This document shows, piece by piece, positions 61,336 through 64,000 of a stretch of 64,000 nucleotides of DNA. A program made the position numbers and the translations under genes. The stretch comes from Dictyostelium discoideum. Taxonomy: Eukaryota. The stretch lies in assembly GCA_000004695.1 (NCBI GenBank), contig CM000154.2, positions 4,832,001 through 4,896,000 of the forward strand, in the 5' to 3' direction. Position 1 is the stretch's first letter. Each line of letters begins with the position of its first letter. The notes below the pieces were generated by a model. It made no database searches. It was not told where the DNA came from and saw only the letters and a list, made by a program, of their open reading frames with translations.

Positions 61336-62199
61336 TATTATTTATAATTATTGTTTTATTATTATTATTTTATTATTAATATTATTACTATTATTATCAT
61401 ATACAATGTCACCAAGTTTGATCTTGGATAATTTGCAAAATTGGACATAAAATTTAACAGGTGGATTTTTATTTAAATTTGTTGTTCCACTTGAGCTGCT
61501 GCCACTACTATTACTACTACTACCAATAATATCTCTAAAACCTAAACTATTACTACAATTTTCCTACCACACCAATACTATTTCCATCAACTGAATTTAA
61601 ACTTGTTGAGTTTGTTATTGATACTGATGTTGCAGTTGAGGTATTGGTAGTAATTGTTGTATTTGTTGACAATAAGGAAGAATGTGAAATGGAAATTTGA
61701 TAAAATTGAACAGAGAAATGAAAAGTTTTGCAAATTCTAGAGAAATGATAAACTTTATGAACTAATTTACTCTTTGTATTTATACCAATGTTTCTTTGAT
61801 ACTTTATAAATAAATTGGAGATTCAAGTTTCAAACCAATATTTAAAATGGTACCTTTGAATTGACCAGACCTCGCTAGATAGCTGTTAATGCCGTATTAG
61901 ATGCAAACAATATCAAAAATTGGAAACAATTTTACCACCACCCCAAGAGAATTCAATATTTGAAACTCGTTAAGAAAATGATTAAGGTGATGCATTCCAT
62001 GATAGATTGCCATGGTACTTTTCCCGAAAATATTTTCGGGTTGTATAGCAGTTAGAGTAACTACTTATATCAATGTTTTAATTTTTTGAAATAAAATAAA
62101 ATAAAATAAAATAAAATAAAATAAAACAAAATAAAATAAAATCTACTTTATATATTTATTTATTTATTTATTTTTGTCTTTAAACTTTTTTTTATTATT

Positions 62200-63222
62200 T
62201 TATTTTGGAATTATAGAAATTATATAATCAGCTAAATTTGAATCATTTGATTCTTTCCAAGATTGATAATAAATTCCTATGGAATCAATAAATGATGGTT
62301 GTGTAGGATGATAACCTAATAATGTTTCTGCTTTTTTAAAAGATAAACGTTGATTAAATTGCATACCAGTTAAGAATAAATCAGATTCTGGTGCTTCAAC
62401 ATATTGAATTGAAATTGGTTTATTATTATTATTATTTAAATTTTTATTATCAAAGTCAATTCCAATTGATTTAAAATGATACTTATAAATTAACTTCAAT
62501 AAATCATCAACTCTTTCTGTATAAGAATTTGCAATGAAAATTTCACCTCTAATCTTTGAAGCATTTTTAATTAAAAGTAAATAAAATTTACATAAATCAA
62601 AAATATGAATAAAACCTTGATAAAATCCATTTGGATATTTTTTATTATTACCATAGGTTTTAATTATATGTTTTTCAGCAGCAGCACTATTATTATCATC
62701 ATTATTGAATGATTGATTTATACATTCAAAATAGTAACTACAATATGAACAATTTAAACCATAAATCATAGTTGGTATGATAATTATTGCGTTAATTCTT
62801 CTATAGGTGTCTTCAATTTCTTTAATTGCTTTCCAACCATCTGTATTTAATCTTGAATTTGATTTTTCATCTATTAAATTCTCATTATCACCAAATGAAA
62901 ATGAAGCATTTGTGAAAATGATTGTTAAATTATCACCTTTGATTTCTTTTAATTTAACCAAATAATTTAAAACTAATTTTGGTGTTTCTGGATTTCTTGA
63001 TGAAATCGATTCGATAACTATATCAATCTCTGTTTCAACTAAATTAAACCATTTACTTTCATCACTAACATCGCAAATAATTGGTATAATTTCATTTCTT
63101 TTCATTTTTAATCTATCATTTTCATCAATTGACATTCCATAAACTTTATAACCTTCTCTTCTTAATGCACAACCAACATTAAATCCAATGAACCCAACTC
63201 CTAATATTAAAACTGATACCAT
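62200..63222 (-). CDS. NAD(P)-binding Rossmann-fold protein, NAD-dependent epimerase/dehydratase (NmrA-like) family, 340 aa
   Basis: Single ORF. The N-terminal dinucleotide-binding motif is VLILGVGFIGFNVGCAL (GxGxxG), followed by an acidic residue. No poly-N tracts. Confidence 0.7.
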   Translation of the reverse strand: MVSVLILGVGFIGFNVGCALRREGYKVYGMSIDENDRLKMKRNEIIPIICDVSDESKWFNLVETEIDIVIESISSRNPETPKLVLNYLVKLKEIKGDNLTIIFTNASFSFGDNENLIDEKSNSRLNTDGWKAIKEIEDTYRRINAIIIIPTMIYGLNCSYCSYYFECINQSFNNDDNNSAAAEKHIIKTYGNNKKYPNGFYQGFIHIFDLCKFYLLLIKNASKIRGEIFIANSYTERVDDLLKLIYKYHFKSIGIDFDNKNLNNNNNKPISIQYVEAPESDLFLTGMQFNQRLSFKKAETLLGYHPTQPSFIDSIGIYYQSWKESNDSNLADYIISIIPK

Positions 63223-64000
63223 TATTTTTTTATTAATTTATTTAATTAATTATTTATTTATTTATTTATTTTATTTATTTATTTTATAAATTTATTTTAT
63301 TTATTTATTTTATCTTTTCATTTATTAAATGAAAATTTAAAAAAAAAAAAAAAAAAAATTAAAAAAAAAAAAAAAATTATTGTTGTGTGGTAAATTAATA
63401 CACACTGTTTTTTTTAATGAAAACATTTCTGAAAAGAAAATATGAAAATCTAAAAAAAATACATTTCCCAATGGAAATATTCATGCCACAGAGTTAACTT
63501 TATAAACATAATCATTAAAGATATTAATAAACAATGTAATTGTTGTGTAAATTTTTACACAGCAGTTGGTGTGATGCTGCAAAAAAAAAAAAAAGAAAGT
63601 TGATCATTTTTTTATGAAATCTTGGCATACCCTTGATATCAAATTTTGAAAAAGGTTTTTTTATTTTGTTTTTTTTATTTTTCTCACTTTTTAATTTTTT
63701 TTATTTATTTATTCAAATGAATTGGCTAACATCACTGAAAAACTTATTCCACTTCTTCGCCATATCAAAAACTAACAATTGAGGTACTGCCAAGGAAAAA
63801 GATAAGTTATGGATCATATGTCACATTAATCTACTACTTAAAAAGATCTTTAACTAAACAAATAACTTAAAATAAAAGATCACTTTTTAATAACCAAAAC
63901 AAAATACAGCTATAATAATAAATATATTAAAAACAATAATGGGGGTAGTTTTTAAATTTTTTTTTTCTATTTTTATATTATTTTTTTATTTATTTTAATT

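Noticed and set aside
61400-61560. About 75-codon open frame without ATG on the minus strand (…GSSSNSGSSSSGTTNLNKNPPVKFYVQFCKLSKIKLGDIVYDNN…)
   Set aside because: There is no start codon, no convincing upstream exon or donor in the adjacent non-coding block, and it is short. It is possibly a relic exon, but it is unsupported.

Overview
This window reads as eukaryotic nuclear DNA of the Dictyostelium discoideum type, not a prokaryotic locus. This is inferred from composition and gene structure. GC content is very low overall; intergenic regions are almost pure A/T homopolymers and coding regions are only modestly richer. Poly-Asn, poly-Gln and poly-Thr tracts are encoded by AAT, CAA and ACA/ACT runs. 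Introns are short (76-260 nt), AT-rich and GTAAGT/GTATGT...AG-bounded. Several gene families present are typical of that genome (HssA/B-like, TRAF-like, P450 pseudogenes, many F-box proteins). I found no operons, CRISPR arrays, tRNA or rRNA genes, or phage or defence-system signatures, so the framing as a 'novel system' does not apply in the prokaryotic sense. I was able to build about 29 protein-coding gene models by hand from the sequence; many needed splicing across two or three listed ORFs. They are: a membrane-anchored GBP-like GTPase fused to an Hsp20 domain; SFT2; RNA polymerase subunit Rpb6; an ankyrin+KH protein; a multi-pass membrane protein; a cytochrome P450 pseudogene; a C2-ankyrin-F-box giant protein; a kinesin motor; an F-box/LRR protein; a Pus1-type pseudouridine synthase; a large Q/N-rich protein; two adjacent secreted proteins; a run of three nuclear-encoded mitochondrial genes (stomatin-like SPFH, a twin-Cx9C protein, bc1-complex core-2-like M16 protein); a PLAA/Doa1 orthologue; a DH-PH RhoGEF; an RBR E3 ligase; a TPR protein; an LSm10-like SmD1 paralogue; and an NAD-dependent epimerase-family protein. 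The items I think most deserve a second look are these: the GTPase-Hsp20 fusion; the LSm10-like gene, which would imply a U7-snRNP-type histone 3' end machinery; a small HssA/B-like gene missed by the ORF track; the three-exon merge of the 27.5-31.1 kb ORFs; a diverged roughly 85-bp inverted repeat inside a GC-richer island at 39.5-40.1 kb; and a non-coding, non-AT-rich block with perfect palindromes at 61.5-62.1 kb. Several ORF-track entries begin at TTG or GTG (verified for 2083, 22563, 29272, 38238, 45136, 56968), so they are internal fragments of longer spliced genes.
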